From Glycera tridactyla (taxonomy: Eukaryota): a stretch of DNA of 64,000 nucleotides. This document shows positions 11,701-25,300 of this stretch, in pieces (the first letter of the stretch is position 1; each line of letters opens with the position of its first letter). Position numbers and translations under genes: made by a program. The stretch spans positions 70,246,001 to 70,310,000 of the forward strand of contig OZ286469.1 in NCBI GenBank assembly GCA_965644265.1, in the 5' to 3' direction. The notes under the pieces were generated by a model. That model did no database searches, was not told the origin of the DNA, and was given only the letters and a program-made list of their open reading frames with translations.

Positions 11701-12218
11701 TGGCGATGGTCCATGGTGGTGGTGGCGGTGGTCCATGGTAATGGTGGTGCTCCATGGTGGTGTTGGTGGTCCATGCTGGTGTTGGTGGTCCATGGTGGTT
11801 ATGGTGGTCCATGGAGGTTGTGGGGTCCCTGGTGGCGGTGGTGGTCCATGGTGGTGGTGGTCTATGTTGGTGTTGGTGATCCATGCTTGTGTTGGTGGTC
11901 CATGGTTTTGGTAGTTGTGGTCCATGGTGGTTGTGGGGGTCCATGGTGGTTGTGGGGTCCAAGGTGGTCCATGGTGGTCTATGATGGTTCATGGTGGTGG
12001 TAGTTGTTGTCCATGGTGGTGGTGATGGTCCATTATGGTGGTGGTGGTCCATGGTGGTGGTGATGGTCCATGGTGGTGGTGGTCTATGGTGGTTCCACCC
12101 CTCATACAACTGGCGTTGCCATTATTGTCTCGCCCATGAGACAGCCTTGTTAATCTAGGTGGGGCTCTACAGGGGGTGTTTTGTGATAATCGGTTAGCCT
12201 CTTTTTTGGCTTTGCTCA

Positions 12219-12251
<33 letters not shown>

Positions 12252-15200
12252 TTCCCCCTGACACCCACTTCACAGTAGTGGTCGGCCATCGTTGAGGAAG
12301 TGATGATCGATGAATCCGGCTTGTCAGCAACTGACAGATCATTATGCCCCCCAACCGAAGGTAGGGGGGCATACTGGATTCAGTCTGTCCGTCTGTCTGT
12401 CTGTCCGTAAACACTTTTTTGTGGAACGCACTGTGTCCACTGTGTTGATGCTACACTGCCCACGACCAACGAGGGGTAGGTGTGCATAGGCATATTTGTT
12501 TTACGCTGTGACTTTTGATTTTCTGTCATTTGATGGTTTTTACATGCAGTTTTTTGACATATTTTGAGACAGCCAAACTCTACCTGGCTCAGTTAATCCC
12601 TCCCACTGTCTATTGTGTTAGACTGTAATGAACCATGAATGAACACACACTTCTCCTGGCTTTGACATAGGGCCGGCGACTGCGCGAGACTGGTCGCGCT
12701 TGAAATCTACGAAAAACCGCGGTGGGGCGAGTAAAAAATGATCATTTTTTTCGTTTTCTCGCGCTTGGCTACGCTCCCTGGCGCTCTCTTGCGCCCACCC
12801 GTGCCTGGCTGCGTTGGTACACGGTGTTTCTCACACGATCGCTGGGGCTAGGCCGCGCCCGATGGAGCTTGATGGAGCGTGCCCGAGGTGGCCCTGCGCT
12901 TCACGGTGTCTGTCGGGTTTGTTCCTGCGCTCACTGGCGCCTGACTGCATTGTTACTACGCTCCCTGGGGCTTGTCCGCGCTCAGTCGAGCACCGGCGGG
13001 CGCCATCAAACGCTGCAGGGCTCCACCGGGCGCACACCTAGTAGTCATCGTGCTGCTTGGCGCTTCAATGCGCATGCCCGCGGCACCACTGCACTCCCTC
13101 GCGCCGGCCCGGCTTCGCTTGCGTCTGTATCAATCTCTCGTGCTCGACCGCGGAAGTTTTGAACATTTTGAAATTTGCTCCACGCTCAGAAAAAGCCAGG
13201 CGCCCACTAGCGGTTGATTGCGCTTGTCCCTGCTCGTCTGCGCGCCATCACGTTCCCCTTGGCGCTCGACTGCGTTCAGCCTACGCAGTCGAGCGCGAGC
13301 AGGCGCCGGCCCTATGTAAGGGTGGCTTAACAGACGAGGGGTTTTGGTGTTCTTCCCTGCATTATGTAATGCCTGTTTGATTTCATCATGGAGCAATAGC
13401 TCACTTCTACTTCACAATAACCAGCTGTGAAAGGGCTNNNNNNNNNNNNNNNNNNNNNNNNNNNNNNNNNNNNNNNNNNNNNNNNNNNNNNNNNNNNNNN
13501 NNNNNNNNNNNNNNNNNNNNNNNNNNNNNNNNNNNNNNNNNNNNNNNNNNNNNNNNNNNNNNNNNNNNNNNNNNNNNNNNNNNNNTGCTAACTGTTGGTA
13601 CACTATTGCTACAGTACCCAAATCTAAGGCTGTCATCTTGAATGTTAATTTGTGGTGCTCATAAGTTCACATTGGCTGGAGTGAGGGGGGGGGGGGCATT
13701 AGTCATCATCAAATAATGTCCCTGTACTGGCCATTACAGATCTGTGTTCTTATACTTTGTGAGCTTGTTGAAATATTCCACTTTAAATTTGGAGGTTCCA
13801 AAATAATGATGATAATGAGATCATCTACTGTACACAAAAAATTGATTGTCAACTTGCATGATCGATAAATGGAATCGGACCTCTCGATTCAATAATTGAT
13901 ATCATCAGGTAATCGTTTAAAACTCAGCTTCTCAACTGTTGATTTGTATGGTGCATTTGTGTTATCTGGTGTTGTCTAATATGTTCATCATCCACAAGCC
14001 TGTTGCTCTGTTTATACAGTCAAACCTTCTCGAGGGACCACCTCTATACAAATGCCACCTGCTACAAAGGCCACCATTAGCTTTGACTATAAGTGTATTT
14101 TCTATAGTAATCTCTACAAAGGACACTTTTTGATATAAATGAGAGTGGGGGGGGGGGGGGGGGGGACAATTCTATTGTTCAATTCTAGTCCTACATCTGT
14201 CCAAATGAATTTTGCCAATAAAGTATCTGCATATGAACCACCCTCTTTCACTCACATTTCATTGACAGCTCCACTTCCCTGCAGACAACAGCAGATAGAC
14301 ATGCCTGATTTGATGACATCCCGTGCAGTATCTAGAATGAAGAAAATCTGAATTCTATGCAGGGAAAGAAATGATTTCATTTTTCTCCATTTCAGAAAAT
14401 TGATAGATAACCAAGTCTCCATGGGAGAAGAAGAACGGGATAAGATAATGAGAGAGCATGAGAAAGCTCAAGTCAAGATGGAATCCAATCTTGCTCTTAG
14501 TCGAATTCAGCAGCGACGAAAGCTGGAGGAGAAAATGGCACAGAAACGAGCGCAAAAGATGGAAGAAATGCAAAAGGCTCAGCAGGTTGAGGCCAAGGTG
14601 GGTTCCATGTTGAATCAAGTGCATCTTATCAATACGGTTGGGAAATAATTGGAAAGTCCCAAAGATTGACCCTTCTAGACATGGGCTTGCTGGTCAGTAT
14701 CCATCAATAAATTGACTTGTTGAATTATTGGCGGTCACAGACATGTCACTGTGTAGATTCGCTGCATACTCTTGTGATGTATCCCAATACTGATGGGCCA
14801 GCTGCTCATGAGATGAGGTTTCATGAAGACTATGATATCCAGAAATAGTTGTGACTTGATATTTTCTATCTATATTCCCCAAGACTGAGATTTGAGAGGA
14901 TTATCTGTGCAAATTCTATCAAATAGTGTATGATTTGTGTCTATCACTTGGATGGCATCTATTATTCACATTACATTGAGAAACCGGCAATGAGAGAGAC
15001 TTTCAAGAATAGGTTTCTCTTGTTACAGATTCTCACATTTTCGCAAATAGAGTGTGTTGAAAAATGAGTGGTCTCCAGCAACCAGTCTCAGGTGGTGTCT
15101 TATCACTAGTTCTATCATATTACATATCAGAGCATGTTGAAGCAACACCAATGTCCCATACCTATATCCTTTACCAAGAGTGATAGATGACATTGTGGTG

Positions 15201-18200
15201 ATGGCCCCTTTCGATTTCAGAAACAAGCAAAGAAGAATGATGATGATTCAGATCTTGATGAAGACGAGAAGCAACAGCGGGAATTTGAACTGATGAAGAG
15301 GCAGCAGGAGGAGCGAAGAAATGTCATAAAGGCGGATAACAACAAATTAGTCAATGAGATGGAGGAGGTAAGGTTTAGTGATACTGCTGTCAAACCTGCT
15401 CAAGAGACCACTTCTGTACATAGACCACCTGCTTACAAGGGCCACCCTGAGCCACCACCATGATAGTATTTTCTACTGTAAACAGCCATACAAAGACCCC
15501 CTTCTGATGTGATCAAGGGCTGTATTTGTAGACAAGTTTTACTGTACTGTGAAAATGTGTGATGAAATACTTTTGGGGTGTAGCAATTATCCCTATTACG
15601 AATACAGGGTTTAACGGTACAGACACAAATAGACAGGTTGGATGCTAGGGAATGCTTGGTCTGCCTGCCTGATAGGTAGGTGTTTATCGAATTATTCTGT
15701 TTATGATTATATGTCGGAATGCAGGTGCGAATGTTGGGGAGGGCAAACCTGTGCAGAGGACGGTTGATGAAAGTTGTTGTAGAGCCCTGAAATGCTATAA
15801 CCCGAAAAAATTAAGTGTGCTGAAAAATACCGGTGGATTATACTGCAATATTGTCCTGAAGTTTGACGATATGCAAGATTCTAGCCATGTTTCTTCGTTA
15901 GTAATGATGATGGAGTTTCGTACTTTTCACATGATCGTTTTTGGTCTATTCACATGAATGTTGATATTTCCAGGTTGAGGAGGAGTTGATGAAGGAGCGT
16001 GACCTGGCCTTGAAGGAGCAGGAAATGAGACTGGCAGCCATGTTGGCGGATCTACAGATGGCCAAAGCCAAGGAGGTCAGTTCATGTGAACGCCCCTTGT
16101 CCTTCAAGTCTTTATGCACAAATTACGAGGAAGCATGATAGAATATCTTAGCTGCAATCTTATCTGATCTCTTCCAGAGTAGCCACAGTTCCCTTTCCTT
16201 CAGAGTGATGTTTTTACTAAACACGCCTTTGTTTTCTGATGGATGTTTCCTTAATTTGTTGTGATGAAGCAAATAGTCTACACCCATGAATAAAGGCATT
16301 AGTTTCCCGAATATTCGATGATTGGAGTTTGAGCTAATCTTCAAAGCTCAGCTAGAATTCATGAATTTAGTACAAATATTTGAACGATAAATACAGATTC
16401 TGTCCCATTGATAGACATGTCTCCAACCAATGGTAGTAGAAATATCATGAATCTATACAGATAATCTGTAACTCATCATATCAGTGCACAGAAAGTGACA
16501 GCCACTTTCGTAAATTTTATTATTGCTCAGCTGGGAATACCTAAATTGAACCATGAAGCTGAGCAAATCGCAGATCATACCATCATAAAATGTTCATTCA
16601 TAGTATTTGACTATGTCTTCGCACACTGCGTTTATATTCGGCAATATACGGTACACTATAATTTTCTACCTTGAAAATATTTAACTGCCGCAATCATATT
16701 TTTATGACGAGGAGTCAGATTTGCATGGCTCCATATGACTGATTCTCATGTGTTTAGTCAACATTGCACACATTTTCACAAATATCGCTCCTCACAGCCG
16801 ATGGTATGATAGTGAAATCCTTGTATGAATAATGAAATGTTTTATGTCAATTAATTTATCTTCTTGACATCACTGATCTTGTTTCAGATGTCTCGTATTG
16901 AGGAGCAGCAGAAAGCTATCCATAATCTCAAGTCAAACATCATGGATGACCTCAACGAAAAAGGCATCCTCTCTGATCCTGAATGCCAAAAAGTCATCGA
17001 AATACATCAGCAGGTAATCATCAGGGAAGACATTGTTCCACTGATTCCATGTCCTCTTCTAGTAGAAATGCAGTCAGCTATACACTTGGAAGAAAAGCGC
17101 ATTTTATGTATTTTTTTAAGAATTTTATATCAACAATATTAAACAGAAACTAGTTGAGATAGAGCAGAGAATTTTCGCATGATTTGATATCACTGCCAAT
17201 TTTATTATCTAACATCGCAATATTCATTCATTGATGGGATCTGCGAGGCCAACTCGTATGCTGAGTCAGCCTACATGCTGGAATATTTGGACATTAATCT
17301 CTACCTATGTGTTGGAAAAAGTTTGATTGTTTGAAAATATATCCTGCTCATAATAGTGTATTGTTCACCCATGGCTGTCTACATTGGGAAGAATGTACTG
17401 GTAACATGGCTGCAAACTTTGATAATGGCGAATTATTGCATATAAATCCCATGGAATGCTGTCAGAATACAGTTAGCACATCTTTTCGTTTGCCTTGGAA
17501 GTTGTTATATAGCACACCTTGCAAGACCATCCTCCGAAATGAGATGCTTAATATGTGCTAAACTGAGATTTTTCTTGAGTCAATGTACCAAAACATAGAA
17601 GTAAACATACACAATGGCTATGAAATTATGCATCTATGGAGCTGAATATGTACACCATTTCCTTGTTGACATATCATGGGCAGGTATAGCAAAACTTATG
17701 CTTGGTTTGAATGTATCTGCATGAGACTGTCATCAATGATTCCAAGGAATGATATCGTCATTCAAACTGTTTTGCCTGTTTTCGTTTTGCCTATCAAGGA
17801 GCAAGAAAAATTAGCTGAAAAGTTGGAGGCACAGCGAGCAAAACAAGAGAAGGTAAGAGTCGTATTTGTTCACCTCACCTTTATACCGTGGAGGCTATTA
17901 TGTTTATTTTGCATGCTTACACTGTTGTCCTTTTGATAATGCTTGTACTGCAGTGTTTGATTGATTTGTTATGCTTAGGATATAAACCTACATATACCTA
18001 CAGATTTTGCCGAGATCGCTCTGGTTCCACCAGGTTGATTACGGCTACATGTAGGGCTGAGACAAAACACATTAATAATAATAATGAACATTAGTCATGA
18101 AACAAAACAGTTCTAGAAACTTATGCCACAAAATGGATAACCAAATGAAACACCATGCAGCCCCTCATCAGGAATTTGATGTTGCGATCCAAGTCATGAG

Positions 18201-19253
18201 TAAGCTGCCCGTGGCTTTGCATTATGGCCAACCACTATTGATTAGAGACACGTCCGGTAAAAGTTTGACAATTTGCTTTCATTTGAGCTCTTCACCATGG
18301 TTCAACCATTTTTGGCTCGCATGCGAAGCTGAATGCGAGTCTTTGTAATCACGCAGTTGGTCCGGCCGGCCGGCTGTCCGGCCGGCGTGAAGGTCTGAGG
18401 TCAAGGTTTTGGTTAAAGTTTTTCTTTGAAGCACCACTTGGCTAATATTGCACCTACATTCTTGAAATTTGGTATACATATGCATCAGTAGTTAGGCAAC
18501 AACATGGGAGCATTCTTTTTCATAATCCATCTCATATAGGTAGGAGATTTTGAGGGAAGAGAAGACTTTTTTATTTGTGAGTTTGGAATTTATTGAGACA
18601 GTTGAACCCATTCATTCTGTCTGAGTTGCATAAGACACCACGGAAATGTGCATGATTCTCCGCCTGTCCTTTCATTGTTGGGGAAGGCTCTCCCGGTGAC
18701 TCTTTTGTTCTTGGCTCTGTTACATAATCGTCTAATCAGTTTCATGCACCAACTGCTACATCAAGCACTGTATAAATAGATGGACCTAAGTTCACTTTCT
18801 CATATATACACTAGTATGCATATCCGATTATTTGCTCCCTCAAGCACAGTATAGATGGACCTCATTTCTCTTTCTTATACATACACATGTGTGGGTGTGG
18901 GTGGGGCCAGGGTTGAGGGGAAGTATTGGGCTGGGGGCGGGGGGCAGGGGTAGGTGAAGGGTGGGGCTGGGGATGGGGGATTGGTGGGGTGAGTTCTGTG
19001 GTGGGTGTGGGGGAGGGGCGGGGCGGGGATGGGGGGATTGGTTGGTTGGTTCCGGGGGGGGGGGGGGGGGGGGGTAAGGGCCAGGGATGGGTGGCAGTAG
19101 GGGTGGGGTGGGGAAGATGGGTGGGGGTGGGCCGCAGATATGGGGTTGGGTGTGTGTGTGTGTGAGAGGGGATGGGTGGGGGTGGGGGATTGGTGGGGTG
19201 GGTCTGGGGGTGGGGAGATGAGTGAGTGAGTGGGGGAAAGGTGGGGTGGTGGG

Positions 19254-19306
<53 letters not shown>

Positions 19307-22300
19307 TGTCCCCTTCCGACAAGCGGCGTGCATGCGAGCCTTTTGTGCATTTATGCCTTGTTTTTTAAATAATACAATGTATTCTTGCATCATATTGATG
19401 GTGGATCACGTTGGATTTTGTGGAATGAACTTCTAATAGAGACGCAAGGCACAATTTGTCAGCACAGCACTAGTGGGAATCACCTCCATTTGCATAATTT
19501 ATGTGTATTGGCTATTTTCAGATCATGCCACAATGGCATCCCCTTTACCAAATTCCCAGTCTAATCTATACAGCAGATTTTCCTCTTAGTTTTGAAATGA
19601 TTGTTTCGTTTGTAAAATATCGGTATTATCAGAACCTCGGTGAATCGTCCCACCCCTTGCTATATGAGTAGCGATCGCCACTCTTCATTTGCTTTGTCAG
19701 CAAAAGCCAAGGCTAGACAAAAATGAATATATGAATGATTATTTCATGATACAGCCTTAACTGGTGAAGAATTATGATAAGAATTGTAGGAAATATGATC
19801 AACTGAAAGAATATGACATCGTATCATGACTAAATTTCAGCAATATTTCAAATTATACCTGCACTTCAAGGAGTTTCATCCAAACATCAAGATTTATTGT
19901 TGTGGTAGAACTAAAATTCAATTGAAATAAATTCATTAAAATCGAAAATTGTGATAAAAATTGTACGGCCGGGACTCATGTTTCATCTGACTAGATGATA
20001 ACACAATATCGCCCCGAAATCGGTTTGCAAACATCATGTGAGTATTAAATCAGAATACTTGAATCTGTACCCTGCACTTCTAACCAAACTACCATCAACA
20101 ATTTTATCCTCCCAACTGTCCATGGCATTTCTGTTACCTCTGGCATGTGAAGTTTACTTGGTCCAAGAAAAAAGTTGATATAATTATTGTTGATATCATT
20201 GTTATCATAATTATTATTATCAAAAACTGGTGGACCAGAATTGCAGGAACCTAGTTATGTGTGGGAGCATGGTTCAGCATGTACATGTACTAACAATTTG
20301 CTTGTAGTTACTAGCTGACCGTATCCGTACAAGGTTAGAGGAACGTGAAGCTCGCATCCAGCTTGATTATGAGCTTGAGATACAGAAGGAAGACGAGGTG
20401 GACATTCTCGTAGTTCCGCTTACATCTCGTTTTGGTTCTTTGTTTTTGTTCATTCGTATTGTTTCATTTAAAATCATTCTCCTTTGGAGTTGTTTTTTCT
20501 GCCTGAGTCGACTCCGGTCACCTCCACATAGCATGCACATATCTACAACACTTGTGTAGAATAATGATCCATCTTCTCATCCTGCAAGCATTTCAAAGCC
20601 GATATTCGCTCAGTCTGTTTCATTTGTGACAATCCCCTGATACTTCACTGTAGAGTTCATGTCATCCTCTTTTGTGGTAGCAATTGAAAAAGTCAAAGTC
20701 CAAGCTGCCAAAGGCACCAGATGGCCTTTGGCAACTACAAGTTTGTAACATGTAATCAAGATGTCACTGCAGATGAGTATGGCAGGTCTGCAGGGGCATT
20801 CTGAAATGTGCACATTGGCTATCTTGTTGTATATTCGGGTCCTACAAATCTTTCATCTTGGCTTGCTGCAATTCTTCTGTTGTGTGTGAAGGTAATGAAA
20901 ACCTAGTCTGAACTGAACACCAGGAAAAAAAGGTTTCCTCAGCTTTACATCTTTGCTGTTTTGGAAGATCAATCTACACTGCCGTATTTCTCAGCTACAC
21001 ATTTTCGAACTCTTCTTCTGCTCACCTCCCTCAAGATCTCTACTTGCAAGAACTAAATTGCATTCTATATAGATATTGAACTAGATGACTGGTAGGATGA
21101 TTTCACATGAAATAGCCTTCTCAGGAGGCCTCTATCTGGGGACTAAAGTTTTCCAAAACATTGGTAACAGCCTTCAATACTGGGAATCAAATTAAAAGAA
21201 TTTCCTTTTAGCTACACACCAAGGTGCATGGCAGCAGACAAGGACAGGATTCCACGTGTTGGCATCTCTCCAAAGTGCAACATTTCCATGCCACTGCTAT
21301 ACAGATATTTATCCTGTAGTGTGGTTTCTTGCTTTGGAGCAAGTCTGATGTTGTATCTGATGGGAAAACCGTCAAAGGTTTAGGGTTCAACTTGATCTGC
21401 ATGGTGGTAAATTTCCATCTCGCTTAATTTCCCATGCCAAACTTTTTTTTTTACAAAAGATGATCCCAACTTGGAACACTGAAAATGACTTCACAATTCA
21501 TAACTATTGACCAGTCCATCTGTTATGCAGTGTAGGCAGACATATACCTGAACTGCCGGCTAACCTTACTTGGCAACCCTTCTAGTTTCTATGAAGGGTT
21601 TGTGAGAGTCTGTAATACTTTGCATACATATTCCCACTGGTTGACATATGAATCTAATCAGAACCCAACAAGTCATCTAAGTGAATGTCTCACTCAATAT
21701 GCTTGATGAAGAGTGAGCTTGGGGGATATCTTCTTGAGATGTTATCAATTGTGATTTCATTCCACTTTTGTTTGTTTTTTTTGTTCTGGCTGCTTATTGC
21801 AGTTTTTAGCTGGTTCTGTTTAGATTTCTGATGTTGCTTCTCATATTCTATCGAACCAGTGATTATTTATTAAAAAACAATCACTCTGAGGGGGTCAAAG
21901 ACCATATCTCCTGAGTGGTCAGCAAGCACCTTGAATGTCTTAGAATCTGATCTCTCGAGACAGGCACTTGCTAGCCGTAGGTATGATTGCAAAGAAATTG
22001 TTGAGAAGTTATCTGGAACAAAGCTTGCTCATGAACAGGTGCTGATGTATGCAGAAGAGGGAAATTGTGGAAATTCACTTGCTCGTATTTGTCTTGTTGG
22101 TATGAATTTAACATGGAAATTCGCAATTCTGAGTGGTTGATATTCAGCCACATTGATGCCAATGTTTGTTGGTATTTTCCCATCACAGGCCACATCCCAA
22201 AATGGATGATGATATGTTTTTCAATGAATCATGAGACATTTCTCACTACATGTACTAGGATGTGATCCTCTCATGGAATTATGATTTTTCAGTCTATTAT

Positions 22301-25300
22301 TTTGATAGATCAATGTGACTCCAACTTAGGAGATGGTCACTGCCCCCCGAGATACCACTAATGCAATCCAAAACATTGAATGTCAACTTGATTATGCTTT
22401 GCCACTCATTCGGTAACTTGCAGCTTTCATGCCTTGTCATTGTGATGCAACTCCCTACTGTCTGCTTCCTAGCTGGGATAGATGCCAAAAAGATTTTAGA
22501 GGTGGTTTCTCAATGTGGATTAAATAACTAATGAAAGGAGTGTGGTCACTCAAAGAGAGTGATTGATTGAATGCGTGACAAGACCCTTTGACAAGAGACC
22601 ACCTCTAACAGCAGTCTATATGTACCTCCGCATGGCAACTTCCCTATTTAGCATAGTCGAATATACCTCCATCAAGAGACCACTTTTTGGTGACATTTAG
22701 GCCGGTCTCTCATCACAGGTTCAGCCTTACTATATTCCCACTTCATGCATTGACTGCATTATTACATGGGTCACACAGTCTGAAAGTGCTCAGGAATTGG
22801 CCCTCGTCTTCAAAAAGTGTTCAAACCTGAGTACATGAAAGTCATAAGATCTGAGCAATAGGTGCAGATTCATTTTGTTCAATACTTCTCATTTTGCTCA
22901 TGAACACTGTGAATTCTAGTCCAATGACGTGCTGACCCTCACTTCTTTGCGTCAACAGAGAATTAACAAAGATGTTAGTTTCATGCACCTCTCAGCAGTT
23001 GTGGTGATTTGTAAAACTATCTAGACTGTCTTTTCATACAAATTGTACCCCTTTTACATCACAGATTTTGTCACATATTCAAGTTGTATTCGAGTGGGAT
23101 GATACAATAATGTTTAATATTCAACTGAAGAAAGCTTGATATGCATGGTTAGAATAGTGCTCATCCTTGTAAAGACTTTAAAAAGTCTGGAGGTTCTGGT
23201 TAGGAATTTCTATATGAACCATGCGTCATGCTCAAGAACAAAATCTGATTTAACTCAACAAGATTAACAGATGATCTCAAGGCTGATAGCTGGGTGACAA
23301 ACTTTTGGTTATTGGGCAATTTTGAGTTGTATTCTAACCTTGGTATTGATTTCAGACATTGAGGAAGCGAATGGCGGCTCGTATGAAGCAGAAGGAGGGT
23401 AACTTATCGCAGATGCATGAGCATCAGCTGGAGCAGGCGGGTGGGAAGAGTGCGCTGACTCCTGCTGCCAAAATACGACGTATGGCCCTCCTCAGCAAAC
23501 ACCAGCAAGAGATGACCAAGTTCAGGTGGGAATGTTACCTTTGCAGGGGCGCATCCAGTGGGTTCACGGGGGCATTTCACACATTTTAGCAAGTGTGGGC
23601 TTTTCTTTCAAAACAATTAGAGGCCATAATGCTCCAGTAAATCGACAAAAGGGCCACACTTTTTCATATCTAGTGAACCAATTTTTCAAAATTTCCCCCT
23701 CTTCTCAAATTTGAGGGGGGGGGGGGGAATTGGCCTTAATGTTGAAATCCTGCAGGCAAACGTGCATCTGTATTTCTTTGTATTGACTGGACAAGTCAAA
23801 AACAAATTTCAGTTGCCTGTCAAGAGATTTACTTTCACACCCGATATAGTTGAGTATGAAGAATCTGAAGTTGTCCAGCAAAAAAATTGCTCATCTAATT
23901 TACTTGTGCCTCATGGATTTCTTCTCCCAGACAATGGGACTACTCTTCCTGTCATACCCCGCTATAATTTCTTGAAGTCTAATTTTCTCAGGGATATTCC
24001 TAGCCCCAAGCTAAAGGACGCGTGAAGTTGGAAAGTGTACACGCAGCAATCTATGGTGTGCCAATTATACTGGTGTGAATTCTGTTCTGCATTTGCAGTT
24101 TGTCCTCAGTTCTATACATTGTTTGCTTGTAGAAATCGTATTGAGAAGGAAATCACACAGGCCATAGCTGAGCTGCGACGTAAGAATGACGTACGCCGTA
24201 TTAAGTACCTCCAGGATCAGGTAATCTTCATATTTGATTTCATCACTTTGGTGTCCTCCAAGCAGATGAATTGGATTTTCCATCTGCCCCACTCAACATC
24301 TTCACCTGCCCATCTCCATATGATCAAAGCCTGAATCTGGGTCAGACTGATAAAATAACTTGCCCTAACAACTGATCTACCCCCTGTGCCAGTAGGGTAA
24401 CCTTTAGTGTAGAGCCCTGTATGTAACCCAGTACTGATAAATCAAGGGTACAGCACACGGAGATCTTGACATTGGTCTTAACGTGTATCACATGCATCTG
24501 TTAAGGTGAGGATTTCTCACTTCACACTTCAAACTCATCTCACTTTACACTTGTGTTTGCAGGAGATGCAGTTCATCAATGGGTTGGTGAGGCTCGGCAA
24601 GTTCAAGCTGAGTGAACTTGAGAGTGTCGTTCAGATGCTATTCCCGAACAGGCCTGAAGACGAGCGCAAAAAGTTGATTGATGAACTGTGCGAGGGATAC
24701 AAACCCAAACCTGGAAAGTAAGTCTATTGAGCATCATGTCCATTTCTGGCGTAGAAAAAGCCCTCAGTTCATTCAGTTGTATGCAGATTTTTAGCATATA
24801 CAGTAAAACCTGCTCGAGTGAAAACCTGTGCTAGGTGAAATCCTGTCTTAAGCACATACGCCGCGGACCGCCCAACTGTTTTTTCACTATAATTGTCCTG
24901 GATTAGGCAGAATCCTGTCTAACCTGAACAATGAAACACCATTTTTGGTCCCGCGGTGCCTTCCATCCTGTCATAAGTGAAAAGTGAAGTTGAGATCAGC
25001 TCAATTGTGAGCAGTTCTACATTGCTTATTGCTGGTAATCGCTACCATTTAGGCCAGTGGATGGTCACGTTAGAGAGGTGATCGCTTGTCACAGGTCATT
25101 TAAGAAGTATTTGGTATTTTGGCAAAAAGCGATCTTTCAAGAGAGCTGATCACTCATGACAGGTTTCACTATATTTCTTATCCATATAAGACAAACAGTA
25201 GTGAAATCCTGTGCTAAGTGAAATCCTGTGTTGACTGAAATTTTTTTTTGGTCCAGTGACTTTTCACTTAAGACAGGTTTTACTGTAGTTGCTTATCTCA

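Larger units (their letters stand above)
7236..12151 (+). mobile_element. Large (4.9 kb) Helentron-type non-autonomous element with cargo and nested insertions
   Basis: Perfect 14-bp subterminal inverted repeat ATAATGGCAACGCC (7238-7251) / GGCGTTGCCATTAT (12112-12125), followed by stem-loop TGTCTC-GCCCAT-GAGACA and GCCTTGTT end; TT at both junctions. The two ends could in principle belong to two copies of one family. Confidence 0.7.

Noticed and set aside
9302-12414. Many His/Pro/Thr-rich and Trp/Val/Gly-rich ORFs up to 262 aa
   Set aside because: They arise on both strands and in several frames from a simple-sequence array inside an intronic element, and are interrupted by a transposon; there is no gene context.
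12722-13396. Several 68-146 aa ORFs in the GC-rich element
   Set aside because: Expected from high GC content; they overlap on both strands and have no recognisable domain.
18840-19436. Proline-rich and CV/HT-repeat ORFs
   Set aside because: Translations of G-run and (CA)n low-complexity DNA.
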